55,326 nucleotides of DNA from Candidatus Kurthia equi (GCA_018065935.1 JAGHSJ010000021.1:1-55326); one strand, 5' to 3'. Counted from the first letter of the stretch, positions 1 through 10,775 are shown. The notes: a model not told the origin generated them from the sequence alone. Program-made: numbers and translations.

Positions 1-98
1 ATATATTCTTTTTAAAAGGATATAAAACCAAAATAGTATTTAAATGTAATTGATGGGAACGCATGATATGATGAACTAAAATAGAAATAAGTAGAGGT

Positions 99-296
99 GT
101 GGGGGAAATGGATCGAGCTAGAGGGATGAAATTTGGATTGCCACTTGCGCTTGTTGTAGCGGTATCAGCTTTAATGTTGTTAAATAGTGACCATACAGAA
201 GTACCGTTATCAAGTCGTTGGTTAATAGCGATAGGTGCTGCGATCTTTTCATTTATTATTTCGTTTATTTTGTTTGGAATGAAGGACAAAGAATAG
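99..296 (+). CDS. Small membrane protein, two hydrophobic segments; real start possibly ATG 108 or 126
   Basis: 65-aa ORF with two TM-like stretches, G-rich RBS upstream of ATG 108, followed by a palindromic terminator. Confidence 0.6.
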   Translation: MGEMDRARGMKFGLPLALVVAVSALMLLNSDHTEVPLSSRWLIAIGAAIFSFIISFILFGMKDKE

Positions 297-353
297 CTAT
301 ATAAACTGAATGGCAAAAAAGTAAGAGGGCAATTCAACTGAATTTCTAAATAT

Positions 354-394
354 AAAAATGACAAATGGCTTTTAAAAGCCATTTGTCATTTTTT
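354..394. terminator. Bidirectional intrinsic terminator between convergent genes
   Basis: Perfect 40-bp palindrome AAAAATGACAAATGGCTTTT/AAAAGCCATTTGTCATTTTT with A/T tracts on both sides. Confidence 0.85.
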
Positions 395-415
395 GATTAG
401 CACCACGGATAAAGA

Positions 416-1402
416 TTAGCGTGGCATCTTTTTCGTTTTCTTCTCTTTTGATATATTTAACCAACCGCTTCGTTTGAAGAACGCCAGCATATAAACAGCG
501 ATAAAGAGCATGATAGCTAATGTGATGAAGTAACCGTAATGCCAATTAAGCTCGGGCATGTTTACAAAATTCATACCATAAACACCAGCGATAAACGTTA
601 AGGGAATGAAAATAGTTGAGACAATGGTTAAGGTCATCATAATATTATTCATTCGTATCGCATTCATCGACATATGACTATCACGCATGTCGGCCGTTAG
701 CTCACGATTGGATTCGACCATCTCTGTTAACTTAGCCAGATGGTCATGGATATCGCTAAAATATGTTTTTTCTTCTGCGATTAAATTTAAATTATTAGAA
801 TTTAAGATTCGATAAAGTAAATCTCGCATTGGCAAGACGGTTCTTCTTATATGAAGTAAATCACTTCGTAAATCGAACACATCGTTCATTAATGCCACAC
901 TATTTTTATAATCCATTTTATCTTCGATGGCGTTTAAATGATCCTCAATATTGTAAATCATCGGGAAGAAGCCATCGACTATTTTATCGATTGTTTGATA
1001 CATGACGAAGATGGTACCACGTTCCCAATTATTCGGGTGAGATAAAAGTCTTTTTCGAACAATATCAAATTCAGGTACAGGTAATTTGTGATAGGTAACG
1101 ATGAATTTTGGCGAGATGAATAAGTTAACTTCCTCTGCCTCTAACTCAATGGGATTTAATTTATGAACAACTGTGAAGTAATAATCTTCATAGAAATCAA
1201 TTTTGGGACGCTGAAGTCTTGTCAATGCATCCTCGATTGTTAGTGGATGAAAGTGAAAGAATGATTCTAATAGAAGGTTTTCTAGAGCAGTAGGTTCATC
1301 AAAATCGACCCAATACCATTCGAATTTATTTTTTTTGATGTCCTCTAAAGGGAAATCTACGATAAGCTGTTGATCTAATGTTAATCCAAGTGTATGAATC
1401 AT
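416..1402 (-). CDS. corA: Magnesium/cobalt transporter CorA
   Basis: C-terminal PLTFIAGVYGMNF (GMN signature) and two TM helices; start moved to ATG 1402 (MIHTLG) behind GGGTGA RBS. Confidence 0.92.
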   Translation of the reverse strand: MIHTLGLTLDQQLIVDFPLEDIKKNKFEWYWVDFDEPTALENLLLESFFHFHPLTIEDALTRLQRPKIDFYEDYYFTVVHKLNPIELEAEEVNLFISPKFIVTYHKLPVPEFDIVRKRLLSHPNNWERGTIFVMYQTIDKIVDGFFPMIYNIEDHLNAIEDKMDYKNSVALMNDVFDLRSDLLHIRRTVLPMRDLLYRILNSNNLNLIAEEKTYFSDIHDHLAKLTEMVESNRELTADMRDSHMSMNAIRMNNIMMTLTIVSTIFIPLTFIAGVYGMNFVNMPELNWHYGYFITLAIMLFIAVYMLAFFKRSGWLNISKEKKTKKMPR

Positions 1403-1523
1403 AATTTCACCCGTCTCTTGTGAATTATTTTCTTTCTCTATTTTCCCATATGATTTCTGCTTTGTCACACGTCATCTAGTGAAAGTAGAGAAAGACGATG
1501 GGCATGGACAAGAAACTAAGGAG

Positions 1524-1685
1524 TTATTTTAAAGTAGGCAAATTTACAGTTATTATTTTATTACATGAAGATAGCTGCGTCGAACAATCAGGTTGCATCG
1601 AACTTTTTAACATGAAGTAAGGTGCTACGATGAATATAATTAGACAAATAGTGATGGCGCAGCAATAGGATAATATTTTTTTCAT
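1524..1685 (-). CDS. Putative 53-aa Cys-rich signal-peptide/single-TM small protein, below the ORF-track cutoff
   Basis: Manual translation MKKILSYCCAITICLIIFIVAPYFMLKSSMQPDCSTQLSSCNKIITVNLPTLK*; minus strand reads GAGGGATACA-ATG (RBS). Confidence 0.6.
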   Translation of the reverse strand: MKKILSYCCAITICLIIFIVAPYFMLKSSMQPDCSTQLSSCNKIITVNLPTLK

Positions 1686-1750
1686 TGTATCCCTCATTTC
1701 TAATGGTATGTGTGAAGAAGGGACGAAAAAGAGAAAAATATGTTTCTTTT

Positions 1751-1776
1751 TGAAACTAAAAAAATTTTCATACGTA
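1751..1776 (+). promoter_or_regulatory. ECF sigma (SigW-type) promoter
   Basis: TGAAAC-N16-CGTA, an exact match to the B. subtilis SigW consensus, upstream of the 1814 ORF. Confidence 0.7.
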
Positions 1777-1813
1777 GATTGACTAATAGTGTTAAAAGAA
1801 AGGGTGAGTAAAT

Positions 1814-2119
1814 TTGGAAAACAAGTGGATTAAAGTTATTTTGCATGCAAGTGTATTTTTCCTCCCTGTAATTGTTCCTATTTTATTTTTACTATTAGTT
1901 CAAGATGAAAAAGTGAAATCACTTTCTATACAAGCTTTGCTATTCCAATTTGTGATGTGGGTGTTAATTGGGATTTCAACAATTTTAAGCTTCATATTAA
2001 TTGGATTACCGTTTGTCATTATTTTTAGTTTAATGACAATCATTGTTCCGATTATTGGCATTGTAAAATCACTTCAAGATGAAGATTGGGATTATCCAAT
2101 CGTCGGAAGATGGGTGTAA
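1814..2119 (+). CDS. Small membrane protein, DUF4870-like
   Basis: 101 aa, three hydrophobic segments, C-terminal YPIVG motif, AGGGTGA RBS, TTG start. Confidence 0.75.
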   Translation: MENKWIKVILHASVFFLPVIVPILFLLLVQDEKVKSLSIQALLFQFVMWVLIGISTILSFILIGLPFVIIFSLMTIIVPIIGIVKSLQDEDWDYPIVGRWV

Positions 2120-2131
2120 AAATAGCTTGTT

Positions 2132-2165
2132 AAAGGAGTTGCCCTAGTGGTAACTCTTTTTATTT
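2132..2165 (+). terminator. Intrinsic terminator
   Basis: GGAGTTGCC..GGTAACTCT stem followed by T tract. Confidence 0.7.
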
Positions 2166-2218
2166 GCAATCAAATGGTGTAATTCTTTATAATATAGTCA
2201 AATATAGTCAAAGTCAGT
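2164..2218 (+). promoter_or_regulatory. SigA promoter of the ctsR operon with CtsR operator
   Basis: TTGCAA-N18-TATAAT followed by heptad direct repeats AGTCAAA-TAT-AGTCAAA (CtsR box). Confidence 0.85.
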
Positions 2219-2243
2219 TGGTGGATGGGGGTGGACATCTAAC

Positions 2244-2714
2244 GTGAAGAATATGTCGAACATAATTGAAGCGTATTTAAAAGAGATAATTGAATCAGGT
2301 GGCAATGGGTTAATTGAAATAAAACGAAGTGAAATAGCTGATCGATTTCAATGTGTACCATCACAAATAAATTATGTTATTAATACGAGATTTACTGCTG
2401 AAAGAGGATACATTGTTGAAAGTAAACGTGGTGGTGGAGGGTATATTCGTATTTTACGTGTACGAGCAAATTCTAAAGTGGAATTAATTGAAGCCATTTT
2501 ACATCAGATAGGTAATCAAGTATCACAGATAGCTACAGAAGACATTGTCTATCGATTATTGGATGAACAGGTCATTTCTAAAAGAGAGGCCAAATTGATT
2601 TTAGCGGCAATTGACCGAGAAGTTATTGCGATTGATTTACCGTATAGAGATCAATTGCGCTCGAGAATTTTACAAGCGATGCTTATGACACTTATGTATG
2701 AAAAAGAATCCTAA
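2244..2714 (+). CDS. ctsR: Class III heat-shock repressor CtsR
   Basis: FQCVPSQINYVINTRF and ESKRGGGGYIRI motifs. Confidence 0.97.
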   Translation: MKNMSNIIEAYLKEIIESGGNGLIEIKRSEIADRFQCVPSQINYVINTRFTAERGYIVESKRGGGGYIRILRVRANSKVELIEAILHQIGNQVSQIATEDIVYRLLDEQVISKREAKLILAAIDREVIAIDLPYRDQLRSRILQAMLMTLMYEKES

Positions 2715-2729
2715 AAGAAGGTGTGTAAG

Positions 2730-3284
2730 GTGATTTGTGAAAATTGTAAACAAAGACCAGCAACTGTAACGATAACGATGACACATGATAATGAACAAAT
2801 AGTGAAACATTATTGTGAAGTGTGTAGTGGAAAGAATGATTTTATGCCAAATGGACAAGATTCAAAATCAAAGTCTATTGAAGAAATATTTTCTAGTTGG
2901 TTTGGTATTCCTACTTGGTCTGTAGGCTCTCCTGAAACGAAGCAGTCACAGGAGGATGAATTGAAATGTACATCATGTAATATGACATTCAAGCAATTTT
3001 TACATGAGGGTAAATTCAATTGTCCGCATTGCTATGAATCATTCCATGAGCAATTACCATCCGTTTTCAAACGATTGCATAATGGGGCTACTGAACATGA
3101 AGGTAAAATCCCAAGTGGCTTGAAAAATGGTTATCAAATTAAAAAAGAAATAGAAAGTCTTAGACAGCAAATGAAATTAACAGTTGAAAATGAAAATTTT
3201 GAAGAAGCAGCGACGTTGCGAGACCAAATTCGAGCGTTAGAGGCATCTTTAGTACAAGGTGGTGCTGAAGAAAATGGGGATTAA
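2730..3284 (+). CDS. mcsA: McsA, activator of McsB
   Basis: Four CxxC motifs, C-terminal UVR domain (ENFEEAATLRDQIR), synteny; GTG start at 2730 inferred from RBS. Confidence 0.93.
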   Translation: MICENCKQRPATVTITMTHDNEQIVKHYCEVCSGKNDFMPNGQDSKSKSIEEIFSSWFGIPTWSVGSPETKQSQEDELKCTSCNMTFKQFLHEGKFNCPHCYESFHEQLPSVFKRLHNGATEHEGKIPSGLKNGYQIKKEIESLRQQMKLTVENENFEEAATLRDQIRALEASLVQGGAEENGD

Positions 3285-4365
3285 TCAATTTTTACAGGTG
3301 AATAAAGCAAGCTGGATGAACGGTGATGATACGCATGGAGATATTGTCATGAGTACACGTATCCGCTTAGCTAGAAACCTGAATGATTATCGTTTTCCAC
3401 GTGCCTTTGATGAAGAAGAATCACTTGCTGTTGATCGTGATGTAAGTGCCGCGTTACTTGATGCAGAGGATTTGGAAGTGAAATTTTCACATGTTGATTT
3501 AGCAAACCAACCGCTTTTAGAAAAACAGATTTTAGTAGAAAAACATTTAATTAGTCCACAACTAGCTAAAAAAGAAAAGGTGGGCTCGGTGCTCTTGTCT
3601 GAGGATGAGCTAATCAGTGTCATGATTAATGAAGAGGACCATATTCGCATTCAATGCTTAGAACCAGGCTTGAAATTACATGAGGCGTTAGCAAAAGCAA
3701 ATCTTGTAGATGATTATTTAGAAGGCCATATTGATTATGCTTTTGATGAACGTTTTGGTTATATCACTTGTTGTCCGACGAATGTAGGGACAGGTTTACG
3801 TGCCTCAGTTATGATGCATTTACCTGCTTTAACAATGACGAATCAAATGCGCCCTTTAATTAATATGATGCCTCGTTTAGGATTGGTTGTTCGAGGGATT
3901 TATGGTGAAGGAACAGAAGCGCTCGGAAATTATTATCAAATTTCTAATCAGATTACGCTTGGAAAATCCGAGCAAGAGATCATCCAAGACTTGCAAAGTA
4001 TTGTCGAACAAATTTTTCAAAGAGAACGTCAAGCCCGAAATGCAATGTTAGAAAGGGCTTCAGTTGCTATATCTGATAAAGTGCATCGTGCATTAGGAAT
4101 TTTACAAAGCGCTCGCATTTTGTCTAGTGAAGAGGCATCAGATTGTTTATCAAATATTCGTTTGGGTATAGATTTAGGAATAATCCAAAGTATTCCAAAT
4201 GAAGTTTTAAATAAATGTATGCTTATGCTCCAACCGGGATTTTTACAGTATTCTGCTGGAAATGTGCTAAAGGCAAGCGAACGCGATATTTATCGAGCAA
4301 CATTGATAAGAGAACTGATCTGCCAAGAGCAGAGTCATCAAAACGGGGATAAGGGAGAGAACTAA
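3274..4365 (+). CDS. mcsB: Protein arginine kinase McsB
   Basis: [18 protein letters not shown] and [12 protein letters not shown] phosphagen-kinase motifs. Confidence 0.96.
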   Translation: MGINQFLQVNKASWMNGDDTHGDIVMSTRIRLARNLNDYRFPRAFDEEESLAVDRDVSAALLDAEDLEVKFSHVDLANQPLLEKQILVEKHLISPQLAKKEKVGSVLLSEDELISVMINEEDHIRIQCLEPGLKLHEALAKANLVDDYLEGHIDYAFDERFGYITCCPTNVGTGLRASVMMHLPALTMTNQMRPLINMMPRLGLVVRGIYGEGTEALGNYYQISNQITLGKSEQEIIQDLQSIVEQIFQRERQARNAMLERASVAISDKVHRALGILQSARILSSEEASDCLSNIRLGIDLGIIQSIPNEVLNKCMLMLQPGFLQYSAGNVLKASERDIYRATLIRELICQEQSHQNGDKGEN

Positions 4366-4366
4366 T

Positions 4367-6838
4367 ATGATGTTTAATCGATTTACACAGAGAGCTCAAA
4401 AAGTATTGCAACTTGCACAAGAAGAAGCAATCCGTATGAAGCATGAAGCAATAGGAACAGAACATATTCTTCTTGGCTTAATTCGTGAAGGTGGCGGTAT
4501 TGCTGCTAAAGCGCTTGAAGCAATTGAAGTAAGTCCTGAAATGATTGAAGCAGGTATTGAAGAATTAGTAGGTGTAGGCTCTAAAAATGTAGGACCGATT
4601 GTTCATTACACACCAAGAGCGAAAAAAGTAATCGAATTATCGGTAGATGAGTCACGTAAATTAGGCCATTCATATATAGGAACAGAACATATTTTATTAG
4701 CATTAATTCGTGAAGGTGAAGGCGTAGCAGCTCGTGTGTTAAATAATTCGGGTGTTAGCCTAAATAAAGCACGTCAACAAGTGCTACAGCTTTTAGGAAG
4801 TGCGGATGCAACACCAAACGGTGGTGCATCAACTCCAGCAGCAAGCACACCGACGCTAGATAGTTTAGCTCGTGATTTAACTGAAATCGCACGTGAAGGT
4901 ACATTGGACCCTGTAATTGGTCGTAGCAAGGAAATCACACGTGTAATCGAAGTTTTATCACGTCGTACGAAAAATAATCCTGTATTAATCGGTGAACCTG
5001 GTGTAGGTAAAACAGCGATTGCAGAAGGGTTAGCACAACAGGTTGTAAACAATGAAGTGCCTGAAATTTTACGTGATAAACGTGTCATGACACTTGATAT
5101 GGGGACAGTTGTTGCTGGTACGAAATATCGTGGGGAATTTGAAGATCGCTTGAAAAAAGTGATGGATGAAATTCGCCAAGCAGGCAATGTTATTTTATTC
5201 ATTGATGAGTTGCATACGCTAATTGGAGCGGGTGGAGCAGAAGGTGCGATTGATGCGTCAAACATCCTAAAACCGTCGCTTGCACGTGGGGAACTACAAT
5301 GTATCGGTGCAACAACATTAGATGAGTACCGCAAATATATTGAAAAAGATGCAGCACTAGAGCGTCGATTCCAACCAATTCAAGTAGATGAGCCTTCAGT
5401 AGATGAAGCGATTCAAATTATCAACGGTTTACGTGATCGTTACGAAGCGCATCACCGTGTGAAAATCACAGATGAAGCTGTGGTGGCGTCAGTTAAAATG
5501 AGTGACCGTTACATTTCAGATCGTTTCTTACCTGACAAAGCGATTGATTTAATTGATGAAGCAGGTTCAAAAGTACGTTTACGTTCGTACACAACACCAC
5601 CAAATCTAAAAGATTTAGAAAATCAATTAGAAGCGTTGCGTTCTGAAAAAAATGCAGCTGTGCAAAGTCAAGAGTTTGAAAAAGCAGCGAGCTTCCGCGA
5701 TTCAGAACAAAAATTAGTAACAGAGCTTGAAGAAACGAAGAAAAAATGGAAGGAAGATCAAGGTCGTTCAGAATCAGAAGTAACGGTCAATGATATTGCT
5801 GAAGTTGTTTCTATGTGGACAGGGGTTCCTGTAGCTAAATTAGCAGAGGCTGAGTCTGCGAAACTCTTAAAATTAGAAGATGAATTACACAAACGTGTAG
5901 TTGGTCAATCGGAGGCAGTACAAGCCATCTCTCGTGCGATTAGACGTGCGCGTGCAGGTTTGAAAGATCCAAAACGTCCGATTGGTTCATTTATTTTCTT
6001 AGGCCCTACAGGTGTAGGTAAAACCGAATTAGCACGTGCATTAGCAGAGGTTATGTTTGGTGATGAAGATTCGATGATTCGTGTCGATATGTCTGAATAC
6101 ATGGAGAAACATTCAACTTCTCGCTTAGTTGGTTCACCTCCAGGTTATGTTGGGTTTGAAGAAGGCGGACAGTTAACAGAAAAAGTACGTCGCAAACCAT
6201 ATTCAGTTATCCTACTTGATGAAATTGAAAAAGCACATCCAGATGTATTTAATATTCTATTACAAGTTTTAGATGATGGTCGTTTGACTGATTCGAAAGG
6301 TCGCGTAGTCGATTTCCGAAATGCAGTTGTAATTATGACATCTAATATCGGTGCAGAAGCATTGAAATTCAAAAAATCTTTAGGTTTCGGTGCACAAGAG
6401 AAGAAACAATCTCAGGAAACAGCGAAATCAGTAATGCTAGAAGAATTGAAAAAAGCATTCCGTCCAGAGTTTCTAAATCGTGTGGATGAAATGATTGTCT
6501 TCCATTCATTAGAAAAAGCCGAGCTAAACGAAATTGTTCAAAAAATGGCTAACCAATTAACAAAACGCTTAAAAGAACAAAATATCGAATTACAATTAAC
6601 TGAAGCGGCATTAGAAAAAATTGCTGCAGAAGGTTACGATCCAGAGTATGGTGCACGTCCATTACGTCGCGCTATACAGAAAAATGTAGAAGATCGCTTA
6701 TCAGAAGAAATTCTAAAAGGTGTGATTCTAACGGATCAAGTAGTTGTATTTGATGTGAAAGATGATGAATTCGTCGTAGAAGTGAAAGCGAAATCTTTAG
6801 AAGATGTAGCAGAAGCAGACGAAGTTAGTCAAAAATAA
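4367..6838 (+). CDS. clpC: ATP-dependent Clp protease ATP-binding subunit ClpC
   Basis: Clp-N repeats, two Walker A motifs ([16 protein letters not shown]), UVR segment. Confidence 0.98.
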   Translation: MMFNRFTQRAQKVLQLAQEEAIRMKHEAIGTEHILLGLIREGGGIAAKALEAIEVSPEMIEAGIEELVGVGSKNVGPIVHYTPRAKKVIELSVDESRKLGHSYIGTEHILLALIREGEGVAARVLNNSGVSLNKARQQVLQLLGSADATPNGGASTPAASTPTLDSLARDLTEIAREGTLDPVIGRSKEITRVIEVLSRRTKNNPVLIGEPGVGKTAIAEGLAQQVVNNEVPEILRDKRVMTLDMGTVVAGTKYRGEFEDRLKKVMDEIRQAGNVILFIDELHTLIGAGGAEGAIDASNILKPSLARGELQCIGATTLDEYRKYIEKDAALERRFQPIQVDEPSVDEAIQIINGLRDRYEAHHRVKITDEAVVASVKMSDRYISDRFLPDKAIDLIDEAGSKVRLRSYTTPPNLKDLENQLEALRSEKNAAVQSQEFEKAASFRDSEQKLVTELEETKKKWKEDQGRSESEVTVNDIAEVVSMWTGVPVAKLAEAESAKLLKLEDELHKRVVGQSEAVQAISRAIRRARAGLKDPKRPIGSFIFLGPTGVGKTELARALAEVMFGDEDSMIRVDMSEYMEKHSTSRLVGSPPGYVGFEEGGQLTEKVRRKPYSVILLDEIEKAHPDVFNILLQVLDDGRLTDSKGRVVDFRNAVVIMTSNIGAEALKFKKSLGFGAQEKKQSQETAKSVMLEELKKAFRPEFLNRVDEMIVFHSLEKAELNEIVQKMANQLTKRLKEQNIELQLTEAALEKIAAEGYDPEYGARPLRRAIQKNVEDRLSEEILKGVILTDQVVVFDVKDDEFVVEVKAKSLEDVAEADEVSQK

Positions 6839-6864
6839 GATAAACAAAAAATATAGTAAGTTTG

Positions 6865-6903
6865 CAGACACCTCGACAGCGTATGTTTGAGGTGTTTTGC
6901 TTT
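6865..6903 (+). terminator. Hairpin/terminator after clpC
   Basis: CAGACACCTCGAC..GTTTGAGGTGTTTTG imperfect stem followed by T-rich sequence. Confidence 0.5.
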
Positions 6904-6933
6904 ATAATAGAAGATATATTGGAGGTGGACAAC

Positions 6934-8313
6934 TTGGCAAAGAAAAAAACAAAATTTGTCTGTAATAGTTGTGGCTATGAAGCACCTAAGTGGATGGGCA
7001 GATGCCCGGGCTGTGGTGAATGGAATACGATGATTGAAGATGTAGAAATTGTTCAAAAAGGGCCACGTGGAGCATTTCAACATTCTGTAAGTAAGTCACA
7101 GCAAAAAGCGATGCCTATTATTTCAGTGAAAACAGAAGAAGAGCCTCGTGTCCAAACGGAACTAAGTGAATTGAATCGCGTCTTAGGAGGTGGAGTCGTT
7201 CCAGGTTCTTTAATTTTAATTGGTGGCGATCCTGGTATTGGTAAATCAACGTTATTACTACAAGTATCGGCTTTATTATCAAATCAAGGTCACCGTGTGC
7301 TTTATATTTCAGGTGAAGAATCAATCAGACAAACGAAATTACGTGCAGAACGTTTAGGCGTAAAGTCTGAGGAACTTTATATTTATTCAGAAACAAACTT
7401 AGAGTTTTTACATGACACGATAGAAGAGGTACAACCGAAATTTGTTATCGTCGATTCAATCCAAACGGTACATCATCCAGAAGTGACAAGTGCACCTGGT
7501 AGTGTATCTCAAGTACGTGAATGTACAGCGGAACTAATGCGTATAGCGAAGACGAAAAATATTGCAATTTTCTTAGTTGGTCATGTAACAAAAGAAGGGC
7601 AAATTGCCGGACCACGTATTTTAGAACATATGGTAGATACGGTGCTTTATTTTGAAGGGGAACGCCATCACACGTATCGTATTTTAAGAAGTCAAAAAAA
7701 CCGTTTTGGTTCAACAAATGAGATTGCAATTTTTGAAATGCTTCAAGATGGATTGAAAGAAGTCTTGAATCCCTCGGAATTATTTTTAGAAGAACGTTCA
7801 CAAGGTGCGCCAGGATCAACGGTAGTCGCTTCGATGGAAGGAACGAGACCAATTTTAGTAGAGATTCAAGCACTTGTTACGCCTTCAAGTTTTAATTACC
7901 CAAAACGTATGGCCACAGGATTGGATCAAAACCGCATTTCATTAATTATGGCTGTGTTAGAAAAACGAATGGGGTTATTATTACAGGCGCAAGATGCGTA
8001 TATTAAAGTTGCTGGTGGAGTAAAACTAGATGAACCAGCAGTAGATTTAGCTGTTCTTGTATGTATTGTTTCAAGTTTTAAAGATAAAGCAGCGAATGCA
8101 AAGGACTGTTTTGTCGGCGAAGTAGGGTTAACTGGCGAAGTAAGACGTGTATCTAGAATTGAACAACGTGTACAAGAAGCTGCTAAATTAGGATTTACAC
8201 GTGCAATTGTGCCTGCTTCAAATTTAGGTGGCTGGGATTATCCTAAAGGCATCCAGGTGATGGGTGTAGAAACGGTCAACCAAGCCTTGAATATTGCTTT
8301 TCAGCAAATTTAA
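6934..8313 (+). CDS. radA: DNA repair protein RadA/Sms
   Basis: C4 zinc finger, Walker [15 protein letters not shown] motif; TTG start behind GGAGG. Confidence 0.97.
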   Translation: MAKKKTKFVCNSCGYEAPKWMGRCPGCGEWNTMIEDVEIVQKGPRGAFQHSVSKSQQKAMPIISVKTEEEPRVQTELSELNRVLGGGVVPGSLILIGGDPGIGKSTLLLQVSALLSNQGHRVLYISGEESIRQTKLRAERLGVKSEELYIYSETNLEFLHDTIEEVQPKFVIVDSIQTVHHPEVTSAPGSVSQVRECTAELMRIAKTKNIAIFLVGHVTKEGQIAGPRILEHMVDTVLYFEGERHHTYRILRSQKNRFGSTNEIAIFEMLQDGLKEVLNPSELFLEERSQGAPGSTVVASMEGTRPILVEIQALVTPSSFNYPKRMATGLDQNRISLIMAVLEKRMGLLLQAQDAYIKVAGGVKLDEPAVDLAVLVCIVSSFKDKAANAKDCFVGEVGLTGEVRRVSRIEQRVQEAAKLGFTRAIVPASNLGGWDYPKGIQVMGVETVNQALNIAFQQI

Positions 8314-8404
8314 AATTTAAAGAAAATTAAGAAATAGAAGCACAAAGCTGAGACAAGCAACTGGTGAAAAATCTATGTATAATTAATTGGAGAGAGGTGA
8401 AAAC

Positions 8405-9478
8405 ATGTTAAAGAGAGGTATTCAAATTGCTTTCTTATTCATTGGGGGAGCAATGGGTTTAGTGTTATTACCACCATTATTTGAATTGATTAATTTAAGC
8501 TCAAATCGTTGGATTAATAATCCATATGTGTCAGTGATTATTGGCGCCATTATTTTATTCGCATTATCATTCTCATTGGCTGAGCCATTTATACGTTTAA
8601 TGAAATGGTTAGAAGAAAGTCTTTTAAAAGCACCAGTAGGCGATTTGTTATTTGGGACATTAGGTTTAATTATAGGGCTCATCGTTGCGTTTTTAATAGG
8701 TTTTGCTATTGATGGTATACGTTTTCCAATCTTTACGACAGTTATTCCAATCTTATTATCGATTATTTTTGGTTATCTTGGATTCCAAGTTGGTTTTAAA
8801 AAGCGTGAGGAATTATTAAATGTATTTACACCTAAAGGTGGCGCCAAGAAAAAGGGGACACTAGATGTACCAGCAGATCCAGGTTATAAACTTTTAGATA
8901 CAAGTGTGATTATTGATGGACGTATTGCAGATATTTCTAAAACAGGGTTTGTAGAAGGTGTTTTAGTAGTTCCTCAATTTGTCTTAACTGAGCTTCAGCA
9001 TATTGCTGATTCATCCGACACGTTGAAACGTACAAGAGGTAGACGAGGTCTAGATATTTTAAAAGTTTTGCAGGACGCAACTACATCAAATGTTCTTTTA
9101 ACAGATGAAGATTTTGATGATATTTCTGAAGTTGATTTAAAATTAGTGCGCTTAGCGAAAAAAATGGGCGGTCAAATATTAACAAATGATTTTAATTTAA
9201 ATAAAGTTTGTGAATTGCACAAAGTGAAAGTATTAAATATTAATGACTTAGCAAATGCAGTTAAGCCTGTTGTTATCCCAGGTGAAGAAATGACGGTTGT
9301 CGTTATCAAAGATGGGAAAGAGCATCATCAAGGAGTTGCTTACTTAGATGACGGTACGATGATTGTCGTAGAAGAAGGTAAATCCTATATTGGGCAAGCT
9401 ATCACTGTTGTTGTCACGTCGGTTTTACAAACTTCTGCAGGACGAATGATTTTTGCGAAACCGAAAGGGCATAAATAG
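8405..9478 (+). CDS. yacL: PIN/TRAM-domain membrane protein (YacL family)
   Basis: N-terminal TM helices, LLDTSVIIDGRI PIN motif, C-terminal TRAM domain (GVAYLDDGTMIVVE). Confidence 0.92.
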   Translation: MLKRGIQIAFLFIGGAMGLVLLPPLFELINLSSNRWINNPYVSVIIGAIILFALSFSLAEPFIRLMKWLEESLLKAPVGDLLFGTLGLIIGLIVAFLIGFAIDGIRFPIFTTVIPILLSIIFGYLGFQVGFKKREELLNVFTPKGGAKKKGTLDVPADPGYKLLDTSVIIDGRIADISKTGFVEGVLVVPQFVLTELQHIADSSDTLKRTRGRRGLDILKVLQDATTSNVLLTDEDFDDISEVDLKLVRLAKKMGGQILTNDFNLNKVCELHKVKVLNINDLANAVKPVVIPGEEMTVVVIKDGKEHHQGVAYLDDGTMIVVEEGKSYIGQAITVVVTSVLQTSAGRMIFAKPKGHK

Positions 9479-9503
9479 TGGTAGTATAATAGCATAAACG
9501 ATG

Positions 9504-9581
9504 GAGCTGTCTAAAAGGTCCGTTTTCCCGACTCTTTGTTGGTCAACATAAAAAGAGAAGAGGAGACCTATCGGACAGCTC
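9504..9581. repeat. Imperfect 17-bp inverted repeat enclosing 44 nt in the ispD leader
   Basis: GAGCTGTCTAAAAGGTC (9504-9520) vs GACCTATCGGACAGCTC (9565-9581), 14/17 complementary, followed by TTTTAT. Confidence 0.6.
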
Positions 9582-9607
9582 TTTTATATTGAAGGAGAGT
9601 GTTCTGA

Positions 9608-10297
9608 GTGCAGTATGATGTCATTCTACCGGCTGCAGGAAGCGGTAAAAGAATGGGTGCAGGAAAGAATAAATTATTTTTAGAGTTAGCAAATAAGCCC
9701 ATCTTAATCCATACATTAGAGGTTTTTGAAAAAGATGAAGCGTGTCGAGCAATTTTTCTAGCTGTAAAATCTTCGGAACGTTCATTCATTCAATCGCAAT
9801 TACAAAAATATAACATTACGAAGGTAAATGAGATGCCAATTGGTGGAGATGAACGTCAGCACAGTGTTTTGGCATGCTTAAAAGTGATGGATACAGGCGA
9901 TATTGTATTAGTTCATGATGCAGCTCGTCCATTTATTGAACAAAGCACAATTCACGCATTAATAAGGAAAGCATCTGAAAAAGGTGCAGCCATTGCAGGT
10001 GTGAGAGCAAAAGACACAATGAAGCGTGTAAGTAACGGACGAATTGAAGAAACGGTTGAACGCTCAAGTTTATGGATGATACAGACACCGCAGGCCTTTG
10101 ATTTTGAATTATTAAAAGAAGCTGAATTAAGTGCGGAAGCAGAAGGATTCTTAGGGACAGATGAATCCATGCTAGTTGAGCGATTAGATAAGGAAGTTTA
10201 CGTGGTTGAAAGTAACTATGAAAACGTTAAAATAACTACTAAAGAGGATTTAATTTTCGGTGAAGCGATATTAAACCGTAGAGCAGGAGGAAAATAA
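9608..10297 (+). CDS. ispD: 2-C-methyl-D-erythritol 4-phosphate cytidylyltransferase
   Basis: [23 protein letters not shown] and [10 protein letters not shown] motifs. Confidence 0.96.
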   Translation: MQYDVILPAAGSGKRMGAGKNKLFLELANKPILIHTLEVFEKDEACRAIFLAVKSSERSFIQSQLQKYNITKVNEMPIGGDERQHSVLACLKVMDTGDIVLVHDAARPFIEQSTIHALIRKASEKGAAIAGVRAKDTMKRVSNGRIEETVERSSLWMIQTPQAFDFELLKEAELSAEAEGFLGTDESMLVERLDKEVYVVESNYENVKITTKEDLIFGEAILNRRAGGK

Positions 10298-10298
10298 G

Positions 10299-10775
10299 AT
10301 GATACGAGTTGGACAAGGATTTGATGTACATGAATTTGCAGAAGGTAGACCATTAATTATTGGTGGGATTACGATTCCTCATGAAAAAGGATTAATTGGT
10401 CATTCAGATGCCGATGTATTATTACACACAGTTACTGATGCCGCTTTAGGTGCGATTGGTGAAGGGGATATTGGACGCCACTTCCCAGACACAGATCCAG
10501 AGTTCAAAGATGCGGATTCTGCAAAATTATTAGCATACATCTGGAAAATTGTTGAGAATAAAGGGTATAAGTTAGGGAATGTTGATTGCACAATCATGGC
10601 GCAACGACCAAAAATGGCACCATATATTGAGCCAATGCGCAATCGTATTGCCGAATTACTAAATGCAACACCTGAACAAGTGAATGTAAAAGCAACAACA
10701 ACTGAAAAATTAGGCTTTGTAGGACGCGAAGAAGGAATTGCCGCTATGGCGACAATTTTACTAATCAAAGACTGA
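10299..10775 (+). CDS. ispF: MEcDP synthase
   Basis: [19 protein letters not shown] and KATTTEKLG motifs. Confidence 0.97.
   Translation: MIRVGQGFDVHEFAEGRPLIIGGITIPHEKGLIGHSDADVLLHTVTDAALGAIGEGDIGRHFPDTDPEFKDADSAKLLAYIWKIVENKGYKLGNVDCTIMAQRPKMAPYIEPMRNRIAELLNATPEQVNVKATTTEKLGFVGREEGIAAMATILLIKD

Noticed and set aside
1403-1523. Possible M-box (ykoK) Mg2+ riboswitch upstream of corA
   Set aside because: Region is too short and no M-box conserved motifs or terminator were seen on the minus strand
6862-6933. N-terminal extensions in the ORF track (radA, rpoC, rplP, rpmC, rplX, rplJ, corA, mcsB)
   Set aside because: Artefacts of taking the most upstream start; RBS-supported downstream starts match known proteins
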